A stretch of DNA of 64,000 bases, taken from contig JBDRQI010000004.1 in the NCBI GenBank assembly GCA_043826355.1, positions 64,001 to 128,000 of the forward strand, given 5' to 3'. Of the stretch, positions 1 to 10,614 are shown in pieces (position 1 is the first letter of the stretch; the number at the start of each line of letters is the position of its first letter). The position numbers and the translations under genes were made by a program. Source of the DNA: Candidatus Omnitrophota bacterium. GTDB taxonomy: Bacteria > Ratteibacteria > UBA8468 > MWAK01. The notes beneath the pieces were generated by a model. It made no database searches. It was not told the origin of the DNA and saw only the letters and a program-made list of their open reading frames with translations.

Positions 1-1164
1 TTAACTATTGTTTTTAAAGAGTTACCTCTTCACGATACCTGCTGGTCATTAATCACCGGAGTTGATGGAAATATTTATATCGGAATTTGTGGAGAGATGA
101 CCGGCGGACTTAGCGGCTATATTGCTTCTTACAACCCCAAGACGGAAGAAACAGAATATTTGTTGGAAGTCGCGAAAGCACTCGGCGTTCCGTCGAATAA
201 CGGCCAAGCAAGCCACGCGAAAATCCACTACAGCCTGGTTACCGATAAAGAGGGTATCTTGTATGCCGCAACGCACTGCACAGGTGCTCCCGCAGGAGAT
301 TTTATCTGGAGACCATGGAACTGCTGGACCCATCCAATCAAGAATTTCAGTGGTTCGGGACTTGTCGTTTATGACCCCCGAAAAAAGGAAACACTGTTTA
401 CGGACTTTCTTCTGCCTAACGAAGGGACCAGATGCATGACGCTTGCTTGTAAAAGAAAGAAGCTCTATGGAATTTCTTATCCCAGAGACCACTTTTTCAC
501 TTATGATTTAAGAAGACGCAAACTCCGCGATTTGGGCAGAATCGGAAGCATCAATCCCCAGGCTATATTTCTTGACCCGGAGGAAAACGGCTATACAACC
601 GACGATTACGGAAATATAATCAAGTATGATGCCGGAAAAGAACAATTGCAGGATATTGATGTCCAAATTCCCCACGCTTCTTTTCGCAACGGCTTTCACA
701 ACGTTCCCTATGACGTAACTCCTTCTCTAGACGGGGAAAGCGTCTACGGGGTAACCTGGGCATTCGGGGAGAGATTGTTCCGTTATGAATTTAAAAAGAA
801 AAAGATTTATGACTTTGGCAAGGCCTGCGGAGAAGAGAGTGAGGAATGGTCTCACATTATCAAGAGCCACACCGGCGGCCTTGTCTTCGGAGACGATGGC
901 AACCTTTACTTTGTTTCTAACCTGGTTTTAAGAGGCAAAAGTTCCCCTCATCTTATCCGCTTTAATCCCGAAACGCTAAAAAGAGAAATTGTCGAAGAGA
1001 TAACCTGCCAGGGAAAACCGGCCGACCACATCTCCCGGGCAACATTTGATTCTTTCGGCAATCTATATTTCGCCGAAGTGGGTAACAAACCCACCAAAAT
1101 TTTCAAGTTTGAAGGCGCAAAAACAGCCGATACAACCAAACGAGTGTTTAGACACTGGGGATAA
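1..1164 (+). CDS. Beta-propeller repeat protein, function unknown (5' end outside window)
   Basis: Frame 1 is open from base 1 (LTIVFKELPLHDTCWSLITGVDGNIYIG...). Repeated 'D..G.lY' blade-like motifs. Confidence 0.6.
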   Translation, partial: LTIVFKELPLHDTCWSLITGVDGNIYIGICGEMTGGLSGYIASYNPKTEETEYLLEVAKALGVPSNNGQASHAKIHYSLVTDKEGILYAATHCTGAPAGDFIWRPWNCWTHPIKNFSGSGLVVYDPRKKETLFTDFLLPNEGTRCMTLACKRKKLYGISYPRDHFFTYDLRRRKLRDLGRIGSINPQAIFLDPEENGYTTDDYGNIIKYDAGKEQLQDIDVQIPHASFRNGFHNVPYDVTPSLDGESVYGVTWAFGERLFRYEFKKKKIYDFGKACGEESEEWSHIIKSHTGGLVFGDDGNLYFVSNLVLRGKSSPHLIRFNPETLKREIVEEITCQGKPADHISRATFDSFGNLYFAEVGNKPTKIFKFEGAKTADTTKRVFRHWG

Positions 1165-1165
1165 A

Positions 1166-2425
1166 ATGAAAAACAAAAAATGGCCTGTTCCGGCAATTGA
1201 AGATGAACGGTTCAAGGGTGAGGGCATAAAACGATTCCTTAAAATGCGGGCGGAGTACGAAAAATCCGCTTTTGTCAGCGAAGGCCATCTGGAAGTAAGA
1301 CGGCTTGGTCCGGTTGCTTTTGCTGAAGTAATCCCGCCGGAGGAATGTGCCGTTACTTCGCTGGTGCGTTATTCCAGCGGAAAGATTTACGGCGGAACCT
1401 CCGGCCGGAAAGCTCATTTGTTCTATTACGACCCTTCCCCGGATGCCGACGTCGTTGTTGATGCGGGGGTGGTGGGAGAAAACACCGGGATCACCTCTTT
1501 GGTCACAGAAGAGACGGGGAAAATATTCGGAGCAACCGACGGTAAAAACGGCGGATTTTTGTTTTCCTACTCTCCGTGTGAAGTGTTGCTTGATAAGTTG
1601 ACGCTGAAAGGAAAAGGACTGCGGGAAATTTTTGACGCTCCGGCCGAAGACCAGGTTTTCCACAGCATCGTTGACCCCTGCCACTCAGCCGGAAAGGTAG
1701 ACACTCTCTTAAAGCCGTTCAAACACGAAGGCATTTCTTCTCTGGCAATAGACAATAACCGGAAAATACTCTACGGCCTTTCCTCCAAAAACGGATTATT
1801 TTTTACTTACGAAATAGAAAAAAAGAAGATTACCGTTAAGGAAAAAATAGATGAAATCAACGAATTTTCCCGAAAATTGCTCATCGTCAAAAATGGTATT
1901 GTTTACGGTTTGGGATATAAAGGTCAAATTGTCAAATTTGACCCTAAAAAAAGTAAGCTGGAGAGACTGGATATTTTTGCTCCTTCCTTAAAAGGCAGAG
2001 AACTCTACAATCGAGTGGACTGCTGGGTTTTTGATGAAGAGAGCGGTTTGATTTACGGCGGAACAATTGACGGGATTATCTTCATCTTCAATCCGGAAAA
2101 CGAAGAGATTATCTGTTTGGGCAAACCGATTGACCAGATGAGAATCCGGGCTTTGACCGTAGGAAAAGACGGACGGGTCTTTGGTGTCGGCGGCGAGCCG
2201 GGCAAATGCTGCCATCTCTTTGTTTATGAACCGAGAAAACGGCAACTCCGTGACTTGGGAGTTTTATTGGCGACCCACGAAACCCCATGGTGCGGATATG
2301 AGATAGATTCTGCGGTTACCGGTAAGGACGGTGAGATTTATCTCGGCGAAAGCGACCGGATAAGCCACCTTTTTATCTATTTTCCACAAATTGAAAGGAG
2401 AAATGCATGCCAGAAATCAGAGTAG
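1166..2425 (+). CDS. Beta-propeller repeat protein, function unknown
   Basis: ATG lies 1 nt after the upstream stop. Repeats such as 'SGKIYGGT', 'SGLIYGGT' and 'KDGEIYLG'. Confidence 0.6.
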   Translation: MKNKKWPVPAIEDERFKGEGIKRFLKMRAEYEKSAFVSEGHLEVRRLGPVAFAEVIPPEECAVTSLVRYSSGKIYGGTSGRKAHLFYYDPSPDADVVVDAGVVGENTGITSLVTEETGKIFGATDGKNGGFLFSYSPCEVLLDKLTLKGKGLREIFDAPAEDQVFHSIVDPCHSAGKVDTLLKPFKHEGISSLAIDNNRKILYGLSSKNGLFFTYEIEKKKITVKEKIDEINEFSRKLLIVKNGIVYGLGYKGQIVKFDPKKSKLERLDIFAPSLKGRELYNRVDCWVFDEESGLIYGGTIDGIIFIFNPENEEIICLGKPIDQMRIRALTVGKDGRVFGVGGEPGKCCHLFVYEPRKRQLRDLGVLLATHETPWCGYEIDSAVTGKDGEIYLGESDRISHLFIYFPQIERRNACQKSE

Positions 2426-2486
2426 CGGTAATCGGGGTAGACAATTGCACCAACTCTTTATTTATTTCCTTCTTAACGGAGGTAAT

Positions 2487-2669
2487 ATGAGGGGTATAAT
2501 TGGAGGGATAATTAAGTGGTATGCTTTTGACCTTAATCGTTGGGTCGGTTAGAGGAGAGGAATTAAAACTCAAACCATTTTTGTATGAGGAAAATTTTGA
2601 AACCGATGACCCTTTTGTAGATTGGGTAAATCCCGGAGGGGGTAAGGTTAATTTTAAAGGAGACTCCAA
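2487..2669 (+). pseudogene. Frameshifted remnant of a secreted protein N-terminus
   Basis: GGAGG RBS plus ATG at 2487. A frame change gives a signal-peptide-like LSGMLLTLIVGSVRG followed by EELKLKPFLYEENFETDDPFVDW, then the frame runs into the next gene. Confidence 0.35.
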
Positions 2670-5405
2670 ATGGGACAGATTAATAAAGTTGCATTGAAAA
2701 TCCTGAGAATGTTAACAGTGGCAGGGTTTGTAGTATTTAATCAGACCTCTCTTGTTTCAGCGAATAACATAACCGACGATGGTTCGCTTAGGCTTTTGTT
2801 TCACTTTGATGAAAATGAAGGTTGGGTGACTAAGGATTCCAATTCTTGCGGTAGTGATGGAAGAATTGTTCGTGATTGTGTATGGGCATCAGAAAAACAT
2901 CCGGAGGACGCGTTGGTTAGCATCGAAAAGTTCTCTCAAGTTCGCGCGGCAGAAGAGGAAATATCCTTACGTCAGAACGAGAACGTTGCTTTGCGTAAGA
3001 AGTACACTTTTTCCCTGGTTCCGAATTATTGGGGGTCTAAGGACGACGGAGACATGCTTCAACTTACCGACGGCAAGTATGCCTCGGTTCCTTACGAACA
3101 GTCCGTAGATAAAGGTAATTTTTGGACTCAAAAGCCAGTTGTTGGTTGGCATGTTTCCCTAAAACCTTTAGAAATAAAGATTGACCTGGGCACAGTTTAT
3201 CCTATTAGCGAAGTTATCTTTAGCACTGCCTCCCGCCTCGAGTCAGAGGTTGGTTTTCCTTTAATAGAAGTTTTAGTAAGTGACGACGATGCAATATATA
3301 CGCTGGTAGGTAAAATATCGGATGAGAATCTGGTTATTGAGCACCTCGATCCTCGGCAGGAGTATAGACGCAAACTTAGAACCGGGGACATGAAGACTCG
3401 CGGCAGATATGTTTTGCTGTGTGTTGTACCCGATAAAGGATCATATGTTTTCTGCGACGAAATAGAGATAATAAAAAGCGATCGTGATTCCGACAAAGTG
3501 AATCTTGACGGATTGCCTCGCTTCACTCTGGAACAAATCAGTAAGAGGGGAGATCGCGCTCTGCAAATAAAAAGGTCAGCAGAGATAATGAGGTTAAATC
3601 TTAGAACAATACGGGAGAATTTGGAACAAGCGAAACTTTCGGAAAAGACAGCCGCATTGACTGAGAACGAGTTAAAAAAACTGGAGGATGATGTCAAATC
3701 CAGCGCAGCAACATTGATGACAGAAGAACTGGTTGATAGTTTTAACCGGAGAATAGTCGAAATCAGCAGTCGGATAAATCAGGCTATCTTTCCCGAAACG
3801 CCTTATGTCGTCTGGTATAAAAATCTCTGGGAAGATTTCACCCCCTATGAATTACCTCAGCCAACGGGTTTACCGTTCGGAGAGATTTCTATCTTTATGG
3901 GAAAAAATGAATATGAACCTGCTGCTTTTATGATTACCAATACTGCCGACAAAGACGTTACAGTAAAAATAGAAATCCCGGATATTCTGGACAAATACAA
4001 GCAGAAAATGATTAATATCGACGTAAGATACAGTGTGTTTGTTCAAACATCGGCACTTAAATTGTTGGTCGCAGACGCCCTGCCGTCTGCTCTGGTGGGT
4101 GGGGCTAACTATGTTACCGTTCCTCAGGGACAAACCAGGCAAATCTGGTTAACTTTAAAAACCGATGAGAGAATAACGCCGGGTGAGTATAAAATAAAAG
4201 TGCATATTGTTTCGGATTCCGGTTCCAAATTTATTGCTATCAAGTCTGTGGTTTATCCATTGGTTCTACCCGATACCGATAGATTCACTGCCCTTAATGT
4301 CACTTGGGGCAGTATTTCAAATCTTTCTAAAATAGAAACAATTGTCCCGGCGGATCTTTTGTCTCATCATGTTAATTGTATTCCCATCTATTGTCCGCCG
4401 GATGCTCAGCCACGCTTTGATAAGGATGGGAACATTGTTAAATCTGCCGATTACAGCAAAATAGATAATGAATTAAACTTATACGGCAACAATGTTTTTT
4501 ACCTCTTTTACTGGTATGGATGGAAACCCGGATCGGAACAAGTGAAATTGTACAGCGGGTTAGAATACCTTAGTCCGGAATGGAAGAAAGCTTTTAAGAG
4601 TTGGGTTAGCGAGTTTGTCGGGCACCTTACGGAAAGGGGAATAAATTATGGAAATTTTGCTTTTTACCCGTGTGACGAACCAAACACAGAAGATTTGAAG
4701 AAGTTCTTTATGGAAAGTGCCGCGCAAATAAAGGAGACAGACCCGAAAATAAATATTTTCGTCACTATGAATTTCCGCGACTGGTCGTTTGAAGATTTAA
4801 ATAAATCTCTTCCTTACGCAGATATTTATTGTTTTTGTCCTTTCTGGCAGAGAATAGCAGATTTAAAGAAAATAGCACTTCTGAAAAACGCCAACAAAAT
4901 TACTATCGCGTATAATTCTCCCTGTGCCAATAAATGGGAATCACCAACTGTTGGATTTCGAGTGATATTCTGGCAGGCCTGGTCCTGGGGACTTGATGGA
5001 TATGGAACTTGGCGTTATTATAATAAAACAGGTGATTCTGTCTGGGATGACTTTGACGGAACCAGAGGTGATGAGGCGTTTGTCTATGATGGGAAAAATG
5101 CGCCATTCAGAACTGCGGAAGAGATTATCCCGAGTAAAAGATGGGAAGCTTACCGGGAGGGCATAGAGGACTGGGAGTACTTACATATGCTGAAAGCGGT
5201 AATTGCTGAATCCGAAAAAAAAGGAATTTCCAAAAGTACCGTTGAGAAAGCCCGGGAGGCATTAAAAGAAGAGGTGGATAAATTAACCAAAAAGATTGAC
5301 GGAACGCCTGTCTCGACAAGGGACAAGATTGATCCCATGTTGGTTGATAAAGCAAGACAAAAGATTGCAGAAGAAATTATTTCAATGGAGCAACTTCTGC
5401 AGTGA
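2670..5405 (+). CDS. Large secreted protein with discoidin/CBM-like region and C-terminal GH123/DUF4091-like domain
   Basis: Signal peptide, 'IDLG' discoidin-like motif, 'YPCDEP' and 'PSKRWEAYREGIEDWEYL' motifs. AT-richer than flanking genes. Confidence 0.6.
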   Translation: MGQINKVALKILRMLTVAGFVVFNQTSLVSANNITDDGSLRLLFHFDENEGWVTKDSNSCGSDGRIVRDCVWASEKHPEDALVSIEKFSQVRAAEEEISLRQNENVALRKKYTFSLVPNYWGSKDDGDMLQLTDGKYASVPYEQSVDKGNFWTQKPVVGWHVSLKPLEIKIDLGTVYPISEVIFSTASRLESEVGFPLIEVLVSDDDAIYTLVGKISDENLVIEHLDPRQEYRRKLRTGDMKTRGRYVLLCVVPDKGSYVFCDEIEIIKSDRDSDKVNLDGLPRFTLEQISKRGDRALQIKRSAEIMRLNLRTIRENLEQAKLSEKTAALTENELKKLEDDVKSSAATLMTEELVDSFNRRIVEISSRINQAIFPETPYVVWYKNLWEDFTPYELPQPTGLPFGEISIFMGKNEYEPAAFMITNTADKDVTVKIEIPDILDKYKQKMINIDVRYSVFVQTSALKLLVADALPSALVGGANYVTVPQGQTRQIWLTLKTDERITPGEYKIKVHIVSDSGSKFIAIKSVVYPLVLPDTDRFTALNVTWGSISNLSKIETIVPADLLSHHVNCIPIYCPPDAQPRFDKDGNIVKSADYSKIDNELNLYGNNVFYLFYWYGWKPGSEQVKLYSGLEYLSPEWKKAFKSWVSEFVGHLTERGINYGNFAFYPCDEPNTEDLKKFFMESAAQIKETDPKINIFVTMNFRDWSFEDLNKSLPYADIYCFCPFWQRIADLKKIALLKNANKITIAYNSPCANKWESPTVGFRVIFWQAWSWGLDGYGTWRYYNKTGDSVWDDFDGTRGDEAFVYDGKNAPFRTAEEIIPSKRWEAYREGIEDWEYLHMLKAVIAESEKKGISKSTVEKAREALKEEVDKLTKKIDGTPVSTRDKIDPMLVDKARQKIAEEIISMEQLLQ

Positions 5406-5733
5406 ACCTGGCGCGCCCCCAATAGACTGTACCAAAGAGTGGGGGAAGGTTAAAATGTTCATACGGCATGAGGATGTTTTTTACGAACGAGGCGATGGTC
5501 AGTCCTGGCACGGGAGAGCACTTTGATTAGCGGAAGCGTATTTGCTAATGGTAAAATTTAATAAAGCAGGAATTGCATCGATTGGGTATTAGAAGATAGG
5601 ACCCAATGCGGGTTAAGGGCTGAAGAAGTGTCGGCGACGAATGTCCTGGGGGCATTCCCATACCGGGCGATAGTTCTGGAGGTTTTCTGATGACTGCCCG
5701 TTCCTTGCGGAAAAAGTAGTAGAGAGGAATCAG

Positions 5734-5844
5734 ATGAAAATAACATTTATTGGTACTTCATCCTGCGTTCCCGATGTTGGTTCGGAGACAAGTTCTTTTC
5801 TTATTGATGCCAAAATTTTAGTGTTGTACGTCGTCAGCAATTAG
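5734..5844 (+). pseudogene. N-terminal fragment of an MBL-fold (RNase Z-like) hydrolase
   Basis: MKITFIGTSSCVPDVGSETSSFLID matches the RNase Z/MBL N-terminus. RBS present, but a stop follows after 36 aa. Confidence 0.55.
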
Positions 5845-6102
5845 TGGAGACGGAGGGCCATTTTTTAGTTTGTAGTTTTTGATCTTGGTTCGGATGGATT
5901 GGGCAGGTTATAGAAGTAAAAATTCGGGGCGTTTTAGTTTACAGACAGATAAGGCCGGCGTAAAATATGGTGCGCAAGGTAAAATGCCAGGTTAAAACGG
6001 CTTTTTTGAAAGTTAAATGGAGGATATCCCACCATATACGGCGGACGATATACGGTCCGGAACGGATATTGTACTCATCCTTGCGTAACCGTCTTTTCGA
6101 CA

Positions 6103-7245
6103 ATGAATTCAAAAGAGAGATTTGAAGCGGTTCTGCTGAAAAAGAAGACCGACAAAATCCCGGTTAACCATCGCGGATTTTCCTCCAAAGCGGCTTCCTA
6201 CATCATCGGCCGGGAAGCGTATGTAGGCGGAGGCATTCAGCAGTGGCGGGAATCAAAGTCGCTCTTTGAGGGATGGCATGAGGAGTTTCTGGAACGTTCA
6301 TTCCGGGACGCTGTTGATTTGTCCCTGGCCACCCGCCAGGATATGATAAGGCCGGGATATTGGCGCCTGCCGAAAAAACCGACCGGAAAGATTGATGAGA
6401 ACACCTACCTCTACGCGTGCGGAGAAGAAAAGGACTGGGAGGTCCTTCGCTTCAACCCGGAAAGCGAACAGGCGAATACGTTCCCCCGCCTGCCACGCGA
6501 AACAACAATTGACGACCTGAAGAAAGAGGTAAATGATAACGATAAAAAGGTTGCGTCATATCAACCCTCTGAATCGGACTTTGCCGAATCCATAAAAGCG
6601 CAGGGACTCTACTTGGATAAATATGCCGTTGAGGTCGGCGGCGTCGGTGTAGGCATACCGGCCCGAAACGCGAATATCTGGATGGAGATGATGCTGCTGG
6701 ACCCGGGAGTGGTAGAGGCGCACATAAATCAGCAGGTTGAAACAGCGAGAAGAAACGTGGCCTTCCTGTCGAAATACAAATTCCGCTATTTCCTGGGCGG
6801 AGGGGATTTCGCTTCAGAAAACGGACCTTTTTATTCTCCTCCGTTGTTCCGAAAACTAATTCTGCCCGGGATAAAAAAGGTCTCCGAAATATGTCATGAA
6901 TACGGAGGGTACCATTTCTTTGCCAGCGACGGAAACCTCTGGCCGGTCTCTCAGTATCTTTTCGGGGAATCCGGCACAGACGTATATTTTGAAATAGACC
7001 GGAAAGCCGGAATGGACCTGGAACTTCTGAGGCAAAGATTTCCAAACCTGTCGCTTTTGGGAAACATCAGTTCCTGGACGCTGGCGCGGGGAACCAAAGA
7101 AACGGTCAGGCAGGAAGTCCTCTCGTGCCTGGAAACGGCAAAAAAGTACGGCGGGATAATTGCGGGGGTTTCAAATTATATCCTGGCCGAAACACCGCCG
7201 GAAAATATGGACACGCTGCTGGAAACGATTGAAAAAGAAAGGTAA
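6103..7245 (+). CDS. Uroporphyrinogen decarboxylase-family (URO-D/MtaA-like) protein
   Basis: 'MNSKERF..VL....DKIPV' N-terminus, 'SDGNL', 'LLGNI' and 'ETPPEN' C-terminus. Confidence 0.8.
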   Translation: MNSKERFEAVLLKKKTDKIPVNHRGFSSKAASYIIGREAYVGGGIQQWRESKSLFEGWHEEFLERSFRDAVDLSLATRQDMIRPGYWRLPKKPTGKIDENTYLYACGEEKDWEVLRFNPESEQANTFPRLPRETTIDDLKKEVNDNDKKVASYQPSESDFAESIKAQGLYLDKYAVEVGGVGVGIPARNANIWMEMMLLDPGVVEAHINQQVETARRNVAFLSKYKFRYFLGGGDFASENGPFYSPPLFRKLILPGIKKVSEICHEYGGYHFFASDGNLWPVSQYLFGESGTDVYFEIDRKAGMDLELLRQRFPNLSLLGNISSWTLARGTKETVRQEVLSCLETAKKYGGIIAGVSNYILAETPPENMDTLLETIEKER

Positions 7246-7282
7246 GGGGCTAACGGATGCGCCGCGGTCGGAATATGATAAT

Positions 7283-7450
7283 ATGATTTGGCAGAATAAA
7301 ACGGTAGTCTTTCTGGACCTGGAAACGACCGGGCTTACCCCGGGTCAGGACCGGACTGTCGAAATCGGCGCCCTGAAGACAAAAAACCGGAAAGAGGGTA
7401 GAATCATTTGTAACATTAAAAGAGGCAAGACAGAAAGAGAAATTTTATAA
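7283..7450 (+). pseudogene. Fragment of a DEDDh 3'-5' exonuclease (DnaQ-like)
   Basis: ExoI motif VVFLDLETTGL...DRTVEIGA, followed by unrelated sequence and a stop at 55 aa. Confidence 0.6.
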
Positions 7451-7606
7451 ATCCGCAACGTAGCGAAGAGTTTCAAAGAAAATGCTTTTTAATTAACGAA
7501 GCCTTGGCGTAGTCAATCCCACCCTCTCCGCCTACGCTCGCCATAGTGAGCTTCGGCGGACGCAGTCCAGCATTGGTTTGATGCTAAATCAAAAACAGAG
7601 GAAAAA

Positions 7607-8665
7607 ATGAAAGAGACCATGACCGGGAAAGAAAGGTGGCTGGCGGTATTGCAGAGGAAGTCTCCCGACCGGATTCCCATGGACTACTGGTCCACCCCGG
7701 AGGTTGACGAAAAACTGAAGAAACATTTCGGCTGCGCAGAGATGGAGGAGGTTTTTAAGAGACTAAGGATAGACCGTCCTCTAGGTGTCGGGCCCGAATA
7801 TGTCGGGCCGAAGGTTCCGGAAGGTTTTGATATCTACGGCTGCCAGCGCCGCACGGTTGACTACGGAACAGGCAGTTACCAGGAGTGCGTGAGCCACCCG
7901 CTGGCCGAATTTACTTCAACGGCCGAGATTGAGCAAAAATATGCCTGGCCCAGCATCGATCATTATGATTTTTCAGCGGTAAAAAGACAGGTTGCGGGTA
8001 AGGATGACCGCCCGGTAGTCGGGGGAGGCTCTGAACCCTTCTTAACTTATAAACAATTAAGGGGAGACATTCAGGCATTTGTTGACCTGGTTGAAAATCC
8101 CGAAATCATTGAATACTGCCTGGGCAAACTCTTCGGCTTTCAATACGAATTAACCCGCAGAATTTACGAGGCCATTCCCGGGAAGGTCGACATCTCTTAC
8201 GTGGCCGAAGATCTGGGCGCCCAGGAGGGCCTGATGTACAGCCCGGACCAGATCAGGAGGTTCTTTCTTCCCTGGATGAAGCGGATGATGGAACTTGTCC
8301 ACCAGGGCGACGGCTTTGTTTTCTTTCACAGCGACGGTTCCATCAGAAAGATAATACCTGAGATGATCGCAACCGGCGTGGATATTTTAAACCCGATTCA
8401 GTGGAGATGCAAAGGGATGGAAAAAGAGGGTTTAAAGAAAGATTTCGGGGGAGAGTTGATATTCCACGGCGGGGTTGACAATCAGCAAATCCTGCCTTTT
8501 GGAACCGCGGCCGAGGTAAGGGCGGAAGTAATCGAAGATATTGAAATCTTCGGGAAAGGCGGCGGGTATATCCTTGCCCCCTGCCACAATATCCAGCCGG
8601 TCACCCCGGTGGAGAATATCGTTGCCATGTACGAAACCGGCTATGAATACGGCTGGGTGGAGTGA
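7607..8665 (+). CDS. Uroporphyrinogen decarboxylase-family protein
   Basis: 'MTGKERW....RKSPDRIP', 'EDLG.Q', 'FHSDGSI' and 'GGGYILAPCHNIQPVTPVENI'. Confidence 0.85.
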   Translation: MKETMTGKERWLAVLQRKSPDRIPMDYWSTPEVDEKLKKHFGCAEMEEVFKRLRIDRPLGVGPEYVGPKVPEGFDIYGCQRRTVDYGTGSYQECVSHPLAEFTSTAEIEQKYAWPSIDHYDFSAVKRQVAGKDDRPVVGGGSEPFLTYKQLRGDIQAFVDLVENPEIIEYCLGKLFGFQYELTRRIYEAIPGKVDISYVAEDLGAQEGLMYSPDQIRRFFLPWMKRMMELVHQGDGFVFFHSDGSIRKIIPEMIATGVDILNPIQWRCKGMEKEGLKKDFGGELIFHGGVDNQQILPFGTAAEVRAEVIEDIEIFGKGGGYILAPCHNIQPVTPVENIVAMYETGYEYGWVE

Positions 8666-8779
8666 AGCATTTTTTTAAAAACGCAGAATTGTCATTCAAA
8701 TTTGAATCCTTTTCGGAAGACTTCCAGGCACGCATCCACAACCTTCGGGTCATAAAGAACATTCTTCTTCTCCAATCAT

Positions 8780-9068
8780 TATTCCATTCGCGGCACAAGG
8801 CAAACCCGTCCATTGCCGGCATCAGGATATCGGAGATGATCAGGTCCGGCGGGTCTTGCCGCGCCATGTCCAGCGCTTCGACGCCGTTGGAAGCGGCGGA
8901 AACCTCGTAGCCGTGGCCTTGCAGCAGAGCGCGCAGAAGGTAGATGTTTTCCTAAATCAGCGTCAGCTGCTCGTTCCAAAGCCGATGGTAGATAATTCCC
9001 CCGAAGGCGAGAAGGATGAAGGCCGAAGTTGAGGTGAAAATGACGAGCAGTTTCGTTTTGGGTTTCAT
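8780..9068 (-). pseudogene. Collapsed two-component remnant: sensor N-terminal TM segment joined to a truncated receiver domain
   Basis: MKPKTKLLVIFTSTSAFILLAFGGIIYH...stop is immediately followed by ENIYLLRALLQGHGYEV...PPDLIISDILMPAMDGFALCRE, which lacks both ends of a receiver domain. Confidence 0.6.
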
Positions 9069-9352
9069 TCCGGTTCCCCACTTTTCTCCCGATTCTGGCG
9101 TCGGCAGTTGTATCTTTTCAGGATTTAGCGGAAGCACCGCATGATTCAAGTTTTCGCTTGGATACTAAATCTTACCACCTTGTTAAACCATGGCCAATGG
9201 TCTGCGGTCAAAAAGAATTGAGCCGGTGTGGTGGGCAAACAATCCGTTTTCCATCCAGGGTTAAAAATGGCTAAAATGTGTTATAATCAGATGACATCGT
9301 AAGTTCGGCGGACGCAGTCCGCCAAAAAGCTGCGAAAGAGGGCTACGCTCAA

Positions 9353-10603
9353 ATGATGAAAAAAGTATTCGGGCTGTTTTTTGTCGGACTGGCGTGCGTA
9401 ATTCTGTCCGGCAGAATGTTTTCGGCGGAGGTTTTCCGTAAACCGCCGGTCAAACTGGGCGTAGAGGTTCTTGTGGAAAAGAGGCCGGATTTACTGAAAG
9501 GCAAAAAGGCCGGCTTGATTACCAACCGGAGCGGAACGGACAGCCGCCTTAACTCTTCCATAGACCTTATTTACGGTATTCCGGGTGTAAAACTTGTCGC
9601 TCTTTATGCCCCGGAACACGGGATAAGGGGGGGTCTGATGGGCGAGGTTGAAAACGAAACAGACCAAAAGACAGGGATACCAGTCTTCAGCCTTTACGGA
9701 AAGACAAGAAGGCCCACCCGGCAAATGCTTAAGGATATTGAAGTCCTGCTTTTTGACATCCAGGATATCGGTTCCCGTTCATATACCTACATTACCACCC
9801 TGAAATATTGCATGGAGGAAGCCGCAAAGGAGCGGATACCGCTTATTATTTTAGACCGGCCCAATCCGGTGAACGGTCTTCTGGTCGATGGTCCGGTGCT
9901 GAATCCGGAATTCGAATCCTTCATCGGAGCCGGGCCGCTTGCCTACCTGCACGGGATGACCATCGGAGAAGTTGGCCGTTTTTTGAATGAAGAACTGCAG
10001 ATTAACTGTGAACTTGAAGTGGTATTGATGGAAGGGTGGCAGCGAAGCATGTCCTGGCGGGATACGGGCCTGTTTTGGACACCAACCTCGCCTCACATTC
10101 CGGAGATGGATACCGTCTGGTTTTACCCGATAACGGGTATCTTCGGGGAACTGTCCGTTGCGAGCGTGGGGGTGGGCTATACGCTTCCTTTTAAGATTGT
10201 AGGGTCGCCCTGGATGGACGCGGAAAAGGTTTCGGAGGAGTTAAACAAGCGCCATATCCCCGGCGTCTATTTTCAACCATTCAGTTTTGTGCCTTTCTAC
10301 GGTAAGTTTAAAGATGAGCCGTGCAACGGATTCCGAATTGTCATCCGGGATGAAACGTCATTTCGGCCAGTGGCAACCGGATATCATATTATTAATGCCC
10401 TGCTTAAACTCTATCCGGGAAATTTCAAATTTTCCAGTCCGGAAGTACGGAAGCGAACTGCCTCTTTTGACAAAGCCAACGGAACAGACAAAATCCGGCT
10501 TATGTTTGAAAAAAATATCCCGGCGGAAGATATTATTCGGAGTTACCAGGCGGAATTGAACGAGTTCCGCGGAAAAAGGCAGCGGTATCTTTTGTATGAA
10601 TAG
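9353..10603 (+). CDS. namZ: Exo-beta-N-acetylmuramidase NamZ family (DUF1343)
   Basis: 'GLITN', 'APEHG', 'SLYG', 'DIQDIGSRSYTY', 'LDRPNP', 'HGMTIGE' and 'TSPHIP'. N-terminal signal or anchor. Confidence 0.9.
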   Translation: MMKKVFGLFFVGLACVILSGRMFSAEVFRKPPVKLGVEVLVEKRPDLLKGKKAGLITNRSGTDSRLNSSIDLIYGIPGVKLVALYAPEHGIRGGLMGEVENETDQKTGIPVFSLYGKTRRPTRQMLKDIEVLLFDIQDIGSRSYTYITTLKYCMEEAAKERIPLIILDRPNPVNGLLVDGPVLNPEFESFIGAGPLAYLHGMTIGEVGRFLNEELQINCELEVVLMEGWQRSMSWRDTGLFWTPTSPHIPEMDTVWFYPITGIFGELSVASVGVGYTLPFKIVGSPWMDAEKVSEELNKRHIPGVYFQPFSFVPFYGKFKDEPCNGFRIVIRDETSFRPVATGYHIINALLKLYPGNFKFSSPEVRKRTASFDKANGTDKIRLMFEKNIPAEDIIRSYQAELNEFRGKRQRYLLYE

Positions 10604-10614
10604 CCGGCAAACAG

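Noticed and set aside
5822..6000. IS end after the RNase Z-like fragment (also GGGTGTCGCGAAGT near 12542)
   Set aside because: Only a vague terminal resemblance; no partner inverted repeat or transposase found.
6103..8665. hemE assignment
   Set aside because: Canonical HemE motifs (RQAGR) are absent, so only a family-level call is supported.
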